NCBI GenBank assembly: GCA_000182565.2
Contig: KQ257466.1
Direction: 5' to 3' (one strand)
Source: Spizellomyces punctatus DAOM BR117
Lineage: Eukaryota
DNA: 64,000 nt
Below, one piece after another: positions 35,601 through 51,629 of this stretch; within the stretch, counting starts at the first letter, position 1, and each line of letters begins with the position of its first letter. The translations under genes and the position numbers were made by a program. The notes under the pieces are model-generated. The model saw only the letters and a list, made by a program, of their open reading frames with translations, had not been told where the DNA came from and searched no databases.

Positions 35601-36905
35601 ATGGAAAATATTCCCGCTTTGACAACAGATGTCCTCAATAGAATAGCTGATATCTTGAAGGTGAGAGGAAGAGACCGAGGCATTTCATTTCATGCGTTTA
35701 GCAATCAATTAATCTATTTTCTTTGCTGCAGCTTTTCAATTCACGGACATGTCAGGTAATCTTGGGAGCAGGAGCAATGCGATCTGCCGGTCTGAAGAAT
35801 ATATCAGCCAAGCATATAGGTAAGGAAATAGTACGGGCGAGGGACGCTTGGAGATCTTCCACTAATCGGGCGAACCGCACCCAGCTTTGGCAGCTCAGTC
35901 TTTAGGGGTTGTTATTGCCGTAATTCCCCACATAAAGGAGAGAATTCAAAGCCACTTGCCTCCGAAGCAGCAGATCCTACTGGGGGACTTTGACCGACTA
36001 CTACGCGTATGGATACCTGTATCATATGTTTTGAGACGTTCGTCCTAAGAACCCCTATTTATTTCCAGGACTACAAAGATCATCAAAGCGAATTATACGC
36101 CAAGCTCCTGTCGATAATGGAGGACTTTTGCCTTGCTCAGACCGATCGGCTGAAGGTAAAAAGTTTTGGTTGCCAGATCACGGTCTCGGTCTGCTAAGAC
36201 CCATTCTCTGTACAGGCCATAAATTGGGATAATCCCGAGCCTGCTCAGTTTTCTTCAGAGGAATCCGCAACTGTGTACATGCACGATATCGTTAAGCAAA
36301 CTGTCACGCTCCATAAGGTTTTGACAAGATATCTGCCTCTAGACACTATGCGGGTAAGGCACGTTTGACGTTGTTTGGGATCCGTTTCGTAAAGCTAAAT
36401 TTTTGCGTTGGATGCATCCAAGGCGGTGATGACAGATGTATTTAAAAGTTACAATCGATGTCTGGGTGATAAACTTAAAGATATAGATCTGTTTACTGGA
36501 GCTGGGAAGAATCGGTATTGTATCTAATGCATGGATGCTCATGCGTACCATCCTTGTCTCATCATTTCATTCATTTGTAGATTACTGATCGATGCACAGT
36601 ACCTAATACATAAACTATCTGCGCTGGACGGGGTTGATGGACCAGGGAATCATCTCGAGGTAGTAGTCAACAACATCAAGATTAAAGATCGCCGCCAGTC
36701 GATGGCGGCGGTCAGCACCACTGGACGAGCTGCATCATCGGATGGTGGCCCAGGACGACCCGCCGGGACCAGTGCAACACCGCCTCCGCCACCTGCTGGT
36801 AATGCTGCCGCGGCTGCGGCTGGTGCACAACGAAAATCCAACTTCGCCTCTGCCTTTGGAAATATGCTAAAGACCAAGAATGCCAATTTACCAGGAGGAG
36901 GTTAA
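32649..36905 (+). CDS. VPS54: GARP complex subunit Vps54 (multi-exon)
   Basis: LQEKLSHYLDTVEVHL..EISRRSSSFFAAL and FNSRTCQVILGAGAMRSAGLKNISAKH. Confidence 0.93.
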
Positions 36906-37091
36906 TATAAAAACTTGTAATAATGTCACAGTTTTTGATTGTCACGCATATAATTATTAGTCGTCAATGCCTCCACCATTTCGGCTATACTAGCATATTG
37001 GTTATTCTACGAACCTACACAATCTTGCACTACTACAGTCTACAGCCGCCGTGATCATCGCGAACGCCAAAACCAGAGCCTATGCTCATTC

Positions 37092-38127
37092 CTATTGTTT
37101 ATCTTTGGCAAATTTGCGATAAATGGTTTCCTGTTTGCCTTCGTGCTTTGCAGCATATCGTGCTGCTGTGAACAAAAAGTCGCTCAACCTAGCGTCAACG
37201 TGAGGTAAGCCAATCAACGGCCATCGCTATGAAAGTCAGATATTTGCCTCGATATACCTGTTGAGATACTTTTGTGTACTCTCATCTGCCAAACCGTCTT
37301 GAACGATCGGAACAACTCTTCGCTCAGCGCGTCGACAGACGCTGCGAGCAACGTGTAATGTTGACGCCGATCTTCCGCCAGACTACATAAAGAAATGAGT
37401 TTGCAGAATAAAAAACAAAAACAAGGAGATATTTACCGGCAAAATAAAATTTCTTAGTGGGGGAAGACTTTCATCGAGCTCATCAATCCAGCTTTCAAGC
37501 TCTTGGACTAGGAATCCGTCTGGGTCGAACTGCGTCCGTGCTGGGTTGATGTGTGGCACCAATAAGCACCGCAAAGATATGTCGTGACAAGAAATGGCCA
37601 TTACCAAGCCTCACTTCACTGGCTTTGGCTCTCGGTGTGGCGACGTTGGATCCAATGTCTTGCAGCAGGCATTGGACCTGATGGAATGTAACTACGTCAA
37701 AAATAGGTCAGAATATCGTTGATCCTGAAGAGTGCAGACCTTTTGTAGCTTCTCATTCAAGCCGTTTCCTGCTTCTTCCGAATACTCGATCGCTAAGCCC
37801 AACAAACTCGACAGTTCGTCGGTAGTTCCAAGAGCCTCGAATACTTGGTCATCTTTGGCGCGTCGCTCGCCCGTAAACAGCGCCGAAGTTCCTATATCCA
37901 GGAGAAAGAGGCTTTAGTCCGTTGTTCAAAGTCTCGGTCCCATATTCCAACGGAGCCTGTTCGGTAAGTTATCGACCTTTGTCACCCGTCTTAGTGTAGA
38001 TCTTGATGCGACGCGTCTCGTCGGCCATTTGTGGGGCTGTTATGTGGAGACCGCAAGAAGGGACGGCAAAGAATCGAGTACGTACAATGTGAGGAAGAAG
38101 TGCTAGTCGTCGAGTCAGCAAACTCAT
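37092..38127 (-). CDS. MMAB: ATP:cob(I)alamin adenosyltransferase, PduO type, with mitochondrial presequence (multi-exon)
   Basis: [57 protein letters not shown] and YLNRLSDFLF..ARY. Confidence 0.94.
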
Positions 38128-38272
38128 GACATCTGGCGTCTGGAAGGCAGGAAAGATCGACGATGCGGATATCGTCATCACGTGGTCGAGCAGTGTCATC
38201 CTTGTTGGCATGGTATCCAATGCAACTCGCACGATAAACGCTGAGGGACGATCTTTAGGCACAGCGTGAACA

Positions 38273-39592
38273 ATGTCAAGTTCAAATAACGTCAAAAAAC
38301 GTAAGCCAGAGCAGAATGACCTTGGTGCAGACAGTGGGAAGCAGGGCAAAATCAAGAAAAGAGTGCGCATTGGGGATGCAGATATAGTAGGAACTGCGTC
38401 TGGTGAATATGCAGAGGTCGATGATTCTGAGGATCTGGAGACAGGTACTACTGCTGTTGCGGACCATAAACGATTGTCGTATATCCTAAGATATCACCTG
38501 TGATGGTCACTAATAGCCAAGACACGGCGCGGCGCGGTGAAGCTCGACGGCTATGGAAGCGAGTCGGAGTCAGAGGATGACGATGAGGGCTTGGCTGGAG
38601 CAAACGGTGGTGACGATGATATGTTTGGCGACTCTTTTCCCACTGGTGAAGATGCGAAGAAAAAGAAGGGGGAAGTAACGTACATGCGAAGTGATGAAAT
38701 CGAGGGTCAAGAATGGGTTGCAGATAGGGATGACTATAATGAAAGTGGGATCAAAATCACCCCATTTAACATGGAAGAAGAGATGGAGGAAGGGTATGTG
38801 GACCGCATTATGTTGGCGTATTTCGGGCGTTGAATGATCTAGGTCGTTCACAGAGGCTTTGATGAAGCCGGGCACTACATCCAGAAAAAGGACGAGCACC
38901 GGATGCATGATCGCTGGTTACAGGGAGTGACCAAGGAGGAGATTGAGAAGGTATCTCTGGGATCCTCTAATGCCCATCGCACTTTACTGGCTGACTCGTT
39001 CGTCACTAGGCGAAAGCTGCTCATGATCGGCAACAAGACCGAATGAAAGCGCAGAAGGATGCAGAAGATAACGAAATGGCATCAGATAATCCTGATCACA
39101 TATGGCTTAAAGTTCTCTCTTTGATACAACCTGGCGAGTCTATCCCTCGTGTAAGTCCATACCAACCTGTCGTGATATTTTAGTACCACTCACTTTTAGA
39201 TCAGGCTCTGCGACGTTTGGCAGGAAATAAGCCAAAGGTGCCTCGAAATAAATGGAAAAAGAATAAAAAATCAACAGATGAGGCCACGACTCCAGTAGAG
39301 GAGGTTAGAACTTGCAGACAACCAGAATTAATGAAACTGCTAGCTCACTATTCCTAATCCAGGATCCTCAAGCTGAAGAACGGAAGAAGGACCTTGATCA
39401 TTTGACCACTTACGCGAACCAGTTATTGACTGTCGGGGCATTAGGTATTTGTGCATCTCTTCATGTGTTCGACCTGAAACTCATACCTGGACGTTCGCAG
39501 ACGCTTATGATTTGACATACGAGCAAGTAGTGAGAAAATTGCGAAGCGCAGACTTGTTAGCCGATGATTGGCAGCCTGGCGATCCTTTGTAA
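38273..39592 (+). CDS. LIN1: U5 snRNP-associated Lin1/CD2BP2-like protein (multi-exon)
   Basis: Acidic N-terminus, DDDMF, IEGQE, GIKITPFNMEEEMEEG.FD..GHY, D.WL and PGES...ALRRL. Confidence 0.75.
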
Positions 39593-40601
39593 GATAATAT
39601 CTCTGGCAAGGCCGTGTAAATAAGAAATATTTTATTTGTATCGAGATGATTCTTGAGGATGCCCAATTATTATAGATGTAAATGGCGTCTGCATGGGACG
39701 AGGATACGAGGAGGTTGGTCTATGGTACAGGGAGGAAGTGTTCCGAAATTGCATTGGTGAATCACAGCTAGCGTCGTTCCGCTCTAGGACCAACAAATTT
39801 CTCCATGCACTTTTTGTATGCCGCAAGTTGCTCAGAGCATTCTGTTACAGCTTTTCTCGCCACATCTTTATCCTATCCACAACAATTTAGTTGAACATCG
39901 CGGCTAGATCTGGGTTAGGCAATGCCTTTCCTTTCATACCCCGTTTGGCAGTGATGCCCTCTCGTAGCAAGAAAAGAATGTATCCGCAACGTCAGCGCAT
40001 TTCCTTAGCTTGAGGGGAAAGTATGGAGGCAAGAGCGGCTCTTCCAAACTCGACATGCTGTTGCAAAAGGACGAGCAAAAGAAACGAAATCCTTCAACCT
40101 TCCGACTGTCCAAAGCCTGAATGGCTTAGTCCGATCTACCACGTGACTTTGCTGTTGGGAATATCAAAGGCGAATCGTTGCATCCACCACTTGCTCCTTC
40201 CTTTGGCCGTGTTTGAACGCTTGGTAGGTATCAGGAATTGGAAGGATAAAGAGTGGACGATGAGGAAATTCATCGATCTGACGGGGGGAACGTACGAAGG
40301 AAGGATGGATGGATAGATGGATGGATGATTTCGATGGGTGAGACTGGCATGTCGAAATTGCGGTGCTGTGGAGAACGTCATTTGGAATTGGAACTGTGAT
40401 GGAAATTGGGGAACATCTGGAATATGGACGTAATGGAGAGGAAGGTTTATCTCAGAAAGTTATTGCTGCGGTGGCTGGAGACGGACGATCTCATACTGTC
40501 ATTCCTCGGGCGATCTCTGACATTATCCGTTTTTTTACTTTTAGTACTGTCGTACCCTCACTTTTTCGACAGTTCTTCAGTTCGAGAGCCCAACTGCAAC
40601 C

Positions 40602-41584
40602 ATGAGCAAGGTTCCAGCTATCCTCAACGTGACCGAGCAGGAAGTCCAGGCCATGCTGGCTGCCCAGGTGAGGACGATCTCTCATGAATTGGAATATGTA
40701 CAATCTAAAGACTAACAAGGCTACTTGTAGTCCCACGTCGGCACCAAGAACTTGGACAAGCAGATGGGTCCCTACGTGTGGAAGCGTCGTAATGACGGTA
40801 TCCACATCATCAACATTGGCAAGACCTGGGAGAAGATTGTCTTTGCTGCCCGTATCATTGCTGCCATTGAGAACCCCGCGGACGTTTGTGTCATTGCGGC
40901 CCGTCCCTATGGTCAGCGTGCGGCTTTGAAGTTCGCCCAGTACACTGGTGCCCAGGCTATTGCTGGTCGTTTCACCCCCGGTACTTTCACCAATTACATT
41001 ACCCGTACTTTCCGTGAACCCCGTGTGCTTCTTATTACCGACCCCCGTACCGACCACCAAGCCATCAAGGAAGCGTCCTACGTCAACATCCCCGTAATTG
41101 CTTTCTGTGACACTGACTCTCCTCTTCGCCATGTCGATGTTGCCATCCCCACTAACAACAAGGCGAAACACGCCATCGGTCTCGCTTACTGGCTTCTTGC
41201 CCGTGAGGTCCTTCGCCTCCGTGGCACCATTGCGCGTACTTCTCCTTGGGAGGTGATGGTTGACATGTTCTTCTACCGTGACCCTGAAGAACAGGAGAAG
41301 GAGGCTGAGGCTGCTGCTGCTACCACTGCTGCCGCCGCCCCTGAGAAGCCCTTCGGTGCCGAATACGGCGGTGAGTGGGGAGCTCCCGCCGCTCCCGATG
41401 CTGCCCCTGCAAACCTTGAGGTAAATAATTACAAAGTGCCACATTTCTCTAACGATTGGCTAACAACGTTTTTCTACAGTGGGAGGCCAGCGGTACTGGT
41501 GTTGCGGATGTTGCTGGTCTCGCCTCTGCTCAGATCGAAAGCGGTGACTGGGGAGCGTCTACCGGCGAATGGGGTGCTGAATAA
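40602..41584 (+). CDS. RPS0: 40S ribosomal protein uS2 (3 exons)
   Basis: [46 protein letters not shown] and FYRDPEE. Confidence 0.98.
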
Positions 41585-41669
41585 GTGCCTAACTAGAATG
41601 CAAATTGTGTTTACACACATGTTTATATGTGCAAATATAGCCTGATATATTCACGGCAATATGGCCTGA

Positions 41670-42700
41670 TTATGTCCCTGTCCGATTTGCGCGATCTACT
41701 GTGACAATGTCTATTGGATGCGTCTTTTTTGCTGATCTCCAGAATCCACATGGCGATAGTCTCCCCGGTCCCTCCGCTATAGCCGAAGCCCTGTGAGCCA
41801 CATCTTCTTGCTCTCTTAACCATCTGCTATATTCTAGTGTTGTCATTTTGCGGAAATCTACAGCATCAACTTCAGACGACGTTGCGGAACGATACAAAGC
41901 AGTGAAACACCCACATAAGATTGTATGTAGTCGTAAAAGACCACCGAGAAAGCACATGAATGAGATGCATACTATTGAGTGGATGCCCGCAACCGCTCGA
42001 AATGCTGCCTCACTCAAGTGGCGAGAGCCTCCTGTCATTTGGGAGTTGGACCGATCAGCGTTGAATGCCTAAAAGTACAAAGAAAAGCAAAGCTTACCGC
42101 CAACGACACACATGCCTATCGATATCGCAGCCATGCTTTGGCTGTACAGAAATGTCACTATCATGGTTACAATATAGAGCCTACCTAACCGCAGAATATG
42201 AAATCTACTAATGTCGGAAACGACAGAGCTATAATTGAGATACCTATAGTTTCGCTTTCCTATGCACGAGTTGGTGAAGAAACAGTGATGGTCCAAGCGA
42301 AGTACGCATTTATCACAATATTTACAATGCAATGATGTTGCATGACTGGGTGGAATACACTTTAGCATCATCTCTTGTAGCGACACAAGCCATAAATTAC
42401 TTACACGGATGCCCTACATATGAAGCAGTAGAACGCGGTAGATGGAACGTTTTCTGGATCTACCCGTCCTTGTGAATGGATAATTGCGGGATCTGCTGGA
42501 TTTAGGATCATGAGAGTAATCCCTCCAGCCGTCAAGGTTACCCAGCATACTGCGACCCACACGATGAGCCATGTGCGGAGAGAGCTCAGATGGAATGTAT
42601 AGAGGATATAGAAGCAGATGGGAGAAAGAAGACCATAGAGGATACCAATCGCCTGTCGAATGCTCCAGGGGCATTGGCAGCCATTCGTGCGTGGTGCCAT
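41670..42700 (-). CDS. DHHC palmitoyltransferase (multi-exon)
   Basis: FYCFIC...[31 protein letters not shown] helices and TTLEY. Confidence 0.9.
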
Positions 42701-43312
42701 GGGCTGTAGAAAGTGATTTTTACGAGGATCTACTCTTTGTTACGGAGATCGCGTCGCGAGCACGTTACGTAACCCGACGTGAAAGGCGAGGTTAGGGTTA
42801 GGGTTACTACGTGCTCTATCATCCAAATTATGCATTGGACCAGGTTTTATTGGTCATTGATGATGAGGAGATATAGATCAACTAGTACCTAGCGGGCAAA
42901 AGCGTATTGGATCACCAGCAAAGATCATGCCTTGCAAAGATGTTGTTTTTGCAGTCATGAGGGTATGTCCCTTCTAGGTGCTATGGCCCCGGCTCTCCAT
43001 ATTCTTGCAGCGGTTCAGAAGACTTGATGTAGCAATTGATACATAAAAGTAATTGAAGGTCTTGTCAGCCAGATGGTCGAGGATTATGATTCACTATTCA
43101 GCGATATATCTGATCATTGTCTCCCAATCCAATGTGTTTTTCATGTGGAGGCCATGATCTCATAAGGAAAGTACATAGGAATATGAAGAGCGTCCTTTTC
43201 TATCACATCTGGTAAATGCCTGCTTTCACTCAGATGTTACGCAAGTCTCACCACCCAATGTCAATGCAATTTGCTCTTGCTTCTAAGCGATATCTATCTC
43301 CTAGCTACAAAA

Positions 43313-45433
43313 CTATAAACGAAACCCAACCACACCGCTCCGCCCTCCAATATCCGGCAAAACCCATCTCCATCCTTTTTCCAAAACATCCTCCTCCTCG
43401 GGATGCAAGCAAGTCAACACGACCTTTTTCAGCACCCTGGAGGGAGTTGCCGGTTTTTTCACAGAGAGTTTCCAATCCGGAGTTTCGCAACCAACAACTA
43501 AATTATTTACATCCAAATGTACGCCAGACGTTGTATGAGGTCTCACTTTTGTTTTCTTTACCACAACCGATGGCGTCGTCTGCGGCCGCCTGGTAGGCCT
43601 CCGAGTCCACTTTGGTGCCTCTAACACCATTGTATGCAGTTCAGGCGGTTTTGCGGGGGGTTTGGTCGTCCTTTTTGGCTGCACATGGTCAGGGGGATCT
43701 GGAAGGGGTGGGAGGTAATCTAGACTGGGGGACGATGATGTTAGAAGAAGGTGGTGGGGGTAGATGAGCGGGGATGAATTGGGAGTGAGGTTCAGGGTGG
43801 GTAGGATGGTTTGTTGGGTATGTGGCCGAGAGGGTAGCCGGCGATGAGAATCAAAAGGGGTCCAGGGAGCCGGTCTACGTGTATCGTGGATTTCTATAGT
43901 GGAGTTTTGAATGTCGTGTTTGGAGGGCGATGCCTCCGTGTGGGATGGGTCTCTGTCAGCAGGTTCAGACTGTTCGGACAGAGACGTTGAAGTCGGGCGA
44001 GTGTGTAAAAGGGACGTTGTATTTCCTCGACGTCCTCTGCTACTCGGTCTGGTACTAGTAGGTGTGGAATGCCCGGTTGCAAGCGATAGTCCTGACGAGG
44101 TGAGTGAAGAGAAGGACGCAGACGCATTCTCTCCACTCCGCCACTCTTGAGGTTCATCAGCGAATCCAGTATCGGTAGTAGAGGTTGGTAACTCATTCTC
44201 AAATATCGGTATGTCGGAGTCGGTCCCGTTTGATAGCAAAGGACTACGTCCGCAAGATTTCTCAGCTTCGCCTTCATTGCCCTCAAACATTCCAGTCGTG
44301 AATTCAGTATCAGTGTTTGTTGCAGATGCATCGTACTTGGATGTTGACAGTGCTGGCGAAAGCCGCTTCGCGCTGCACAATTCTTCACCGTCAGAACCTG
44401 TTCCAGTATCTATCACGTCTGACGAAAGTGAAACGAGGGGAGAGGATGATAGTTCTGGAATTGGATTTGTGCTGTAGGATGCATTTTCCTCGTTGCCTAA
44501 TCCTGTTACGGTTTGAAGGCCATGCGTTTGGCCGGATGAAGACGCTTTAGATAAGGACACGGAAGAACCACCTTCCACTGGGCCCTCCGCATCATCAGAT
44601 TCAATTGTATTTGCAGCGTACTCTCCTTGTTCACTAGCGGGCAAGTAGTTGTTGGAAGAGTTTGAGATGCCGTAGTGCCGTTGAGTTTCAGCGCGGTCAT
44701 CAGCACCATCTTCATAGTGAATCCGTACACTGTCGCTGCTTATGTAGGGTTGTTCCTCATTTCGCTGTGCCCTTTGTTCCGTATCATGTACCCCGCTGCC
44801 ATCTGCTCCCGCTAACCCAAACTTTATCTTTGAAAACACTGCGGGATCCGAGCTGAGAATGTCATCACTTGATGCGGACAGGTTATCGTAATGACTGGAT
44901 GCATCGATCTCAGTAGCATCGGCATCAACCTCTTGTGCGACCGATTCTGGAAGTCTTGCCTTGAATGCTCTCGGCTTCCGAATCATAGGTGTACTTTGTG
45001 AAACTGTTTTGCTTGTCCACATCGTTTTGGATACGAGTCCGATTTGGTTGGTACTTTTTGCAATGTTTCTCATCCAGGGGTCGTCGTCCTCTTCGTCACT
45101 TGACTGTCCATTCTGGTCTACTTGTGTCGAGCTGGTAGTGCTTTTAGCACCCACCTCGCCTGAAAACCGCATAGGACGGTAGAGTCCCGCTCCACCATTT
45201 CCGCCGATACCATGACCTTTAACCCGTGGGATGAGTAGGGGTGGGTCATCTGGGTTGTCATCTCGTTCCTTCTCTGTATCCTGTTGGTCATCGTCATCTT
45301 CTGATTCTTCCGCACTATATGCTGGAACAATCACAGCTTCAGTTTTGCGTCTACGAACCGTTCCGTCGCCCCATGTCCAGATATTCTGGAAGGAAGTTCG
45401 GGCGGGTGGTGGGAGCTGCCAGGGGTTTGTCAT
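43313..45433 (-). CDS. Uncharacterised S/T/D/E/P-rich low-complexity protein (3' end uncertain)
   Basis: 706-codon uninterrupted ORF with ATG start; no domain recognised. Confidence 0.6.
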   Translation of the reverse strand: MTNPWQLPPPARTSFQNIWTWGDGTVRRRKTEAVIVPAYSAEESEDDDDQQDTEKERDDNPDDPPLLIPRVKGHGIGGNGGAGLYRPMRFSGEVGAKSTTSSTQVDQNGQSSDEEDDDPWMRNIAKSTNQIGLVSKTMWTSKTVSQSTPMIRKPRAFKARLPESVAQEVDADATEIDASSHYDNLSASSDDILSSDPAVFSKIKFGLAGADGSGVHDTEQRAQRNEEQPYISSDSVRIHYEDGADDRAETQRHYGISNSSNNYLPASEQGEYAANTIESDDAEGPVEGGSSVSLSKASSSGQTHGLQTVTGLGNEENASYSTNPIPELSSSPLVSLSSDVIDTGTGSDGEELCSAKRLSPALSTSKYDASATNTDTEFTTGMFEGNEGEAEKSCGRSPLLSNGTDSDIPIFENELPTSTTDTGFADEPQEWRSGENASASFSSLTSSGLSLATGHSTPTSTRPSSRGRRGNTTSLLHTRPTSTSLSEQSEPADRDPSHTEASPSKHDIQNSTIEIHDTRRPAPWTPFDSHRRLPSRPHTQQTILPTLNLTPNSSPLIYPHHLLLTSSSPSLDYLPPLPDPPDHVQPKRTTKPPAKPPELHTMVLEAPKWTRRPTRRPQTTPSVVVKKTKVRPHTTSGVHLDVNNLVVGCETPDWKLSVKKPATPSRVLKKVVLTCLHPEEEDVLEKGWRWVLPDIGGRSGVVGFRL

Positions 45434-45652
45434 GCTTTACCGGGTCTATAGTAAAGGCTTCTTGGTCGCCAGATAGCAGCTTATGGTGTGACGAATTGGA
45501 TGATGCTATTAATGGAGACTTGGCAACTGGCTCATGGGTGCAAATATGACAAACTCCTGAGGGTCGTCCGGGTATTTATTTACATTTCTTCAGGGTTCCA
45601 CCTTGGACATACCACTATTTATATTATACTGTCTCCCAACCTATGCAATAAC

Positions 45653-46924
45653 TCATATAGTTGGGGTTGCCCACTTGGTTTCCGTGACAGTTACGGTCAC
45701 AGTGACCCTCTTGTCCTCCCCGAGATCCCGTTTCTGTCTTTGGATTTCTTTTAGAGGTGCCAACCCCTTCACTGGCATACACCCATCAAATCCCGGCCCC
45801 TTGACAGCACCTCCCCGGACTTCCACGCCCCCAAGGGCAAATACCCCACCAACAACACGAGAATCGCGAACAGTTACGCCCCCCTTTGCCAAGACCGTTC
45901 CAAAAAAGTCGATACTGTCTAGTACCACATGCTCTGCTTCGAAAAAGTTCCATAGGACTTTATGTGGATAAGTGACCATACTTGTATCCAGATCTCTCAA
46001 TTCAATCGTTCCGGTCCCAAAGACATTGACCAAGAGTGTTGAGCCTGGGTTCAGCTTTTGGTTTGCAGGTCCTCCGGGAAGTGACATGCCGATCAGGCGG
46101 ACCTGGCCGAGTGCTCCGCCATCAATGTACGCAACTTGGGTCATACTGCTCCCCACAACAGATGACGATAACTTGAACACCAATTTGGGGGGTGCAGCTC
46201 GGTGCAACGCAACAGATATTGTTGGTTCCAAGTCACTCACGCCGTCCACCAGAACTTTCAAATCCCCTTCCAAAGACCCAAATCCATAGTCAGGCACCAG
46301 GACTCCACATCCCCTGCCCTCCAACACACTCAAGCTCTCCTCGTCCACATCCTTGTCCTCCTTTACCCCAATATTTCCACTGATAATCTCGCTTGCTACC
46401 ACACGCACTGAAGACCCGCTGAGAGCAGCGTAGGGGAACAAGTGTGCGGCATTGAGCAGAGGACAAGACTGTGGGGCGGAGAAGGTGGATCTTCCAATGG
46501 TGGAGTTTTCAATTGTTAATGACCCTTTAATGGAAGCCGCTCGTCCTGTACATATTATTAACAAAATGTAAAACAAATGTCAAAAAGGACAAGTACTCAC
46601 CATACACTTGAGAATCAACAACCACCACATCATTCCCGGCAACTCCAAACACCGATACAAAGTTTCCCAAAGGTGGCTGCGAGCATCCTGCCGCCCCCGC
46701 TTCCCTAATAATCGGCACTGTACACAAGACATTTCAGTCACCACTCTCAACGGCATGGCCGTATACCACAACATACCAGGTGCTCTCCTCTGCCTCTGTA
46801 CACCTTCCTGTGCTATCCACCGCCTCGCAACCCCCCATCTCTCCAAGGTATCCGGAAATAGGTTGGATACGAGACTAAAGAGGCTGACAAAGACGGCGAG
46901 GGCTGTATAGACGGTGTAACTCAT
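45653..46924 (-). CDS. Secreted protein with choice-of-anchor-A-like (ice-binding-like beta-solenoid) domain, 3 exons
   Basis: Signal-like N-terminus; DSQVYGRAA, TLLVNVFG and VLWNFFEA...FFGTVLA motifs; Thr/Val-rich tail. Confidence 0.6.
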
Positions 46925-47772
46925 ATTGAAACTGGAAATCAAGAAAGCCTTTTGCAAAACGCTCTCGTCCTGCAAGTCCGACCGGCTTACGCGAGCGTGT
47001 TTACACGTGATTTGGTTTTTGTTTGTGTAAATCCTTCGGGCCAAAAAAGCGTTTCCATTGTCGCAATGTTTAACAATCGGACCAAGCAGCGAATAACGGT
47101 TGGACTCATCGTTTCGGTTGCGCTGTTGTCGATCTTTACTGTCGCCTATCCTACCACTGGAATGGGACGACGAAAGAGGAGCAGAGAGGTTGGAGGGCCA
47201 TCTTACAATCGACGCGATGGACCGACTTGATGGTCAATAGTTGGTCAACCTGCGAACGAAATGGGGAGCGTCGCGATGTTATGAAGTTCAAGGTTACCTT
47301 GCCGATCCTCCCATGGGACTAGACAACGCTAGTAACGACAAGCCGGTGAACAGTTTGGAAGAACAAACTTCACCGTTTGGGGGACGCAGTCAGGTCGGGT
47401 AGAGCTAGTCGTCGAGTCACCGTATCGGTGCGCTGCCGAGGGGGATCGACGAAGAGTAAAAGCGACGGTGGAGAGGAAATAGGGAGGACACGACATCCGC
47501 GCAGTCAATGTACAAACAGACACTACCTTTTCACGTACGAAAGAAAAACAGCCGAACTCATCCTATTCACCACGGCTTAACCCACGGTGTATTACCTCAA
47601 CTTGCTTCCAGGAGTCGGCACACCGGATACCTAGAGATACCCTACTTGTATATATCCCGCTCGTAATTTAATGCAACATAGAATACTGATATAGAATCAC
47701 ATTTGGGATAGATAGTCATAAGAAGGAAATATGTACACAAAATATATACAGCAGGAAGATGCATTAGTTCCA

Positions 47773-51524
<3,752 letters not shown>

Positions 51525-51629
51525 TACTTGTTTGCTTACTTAACCATTCGAATGCATTTCATTAAACTGAATGGAGTCATCCAAAGGGCCTTCGACGAGC
51601 GTTTGACGAGATCTCGACTTTCAAGAAAC

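Noticed and set aside
40303-40328. (GGAT)n microsatellite upstream of RPS0
   Set aside because: Short simple repeat with no further structure.
40491-41444. 317-aa antisense ORF over RPS0, and similar shadows over MTAP, pol and CHD
   Set aside because: Explained by codon bias of the sense gene.
47066-47580. Short plus-strand ORFs, one with a hydrophobic leader
   Set aside because: No convincing splice model or homology recognisable by eye.
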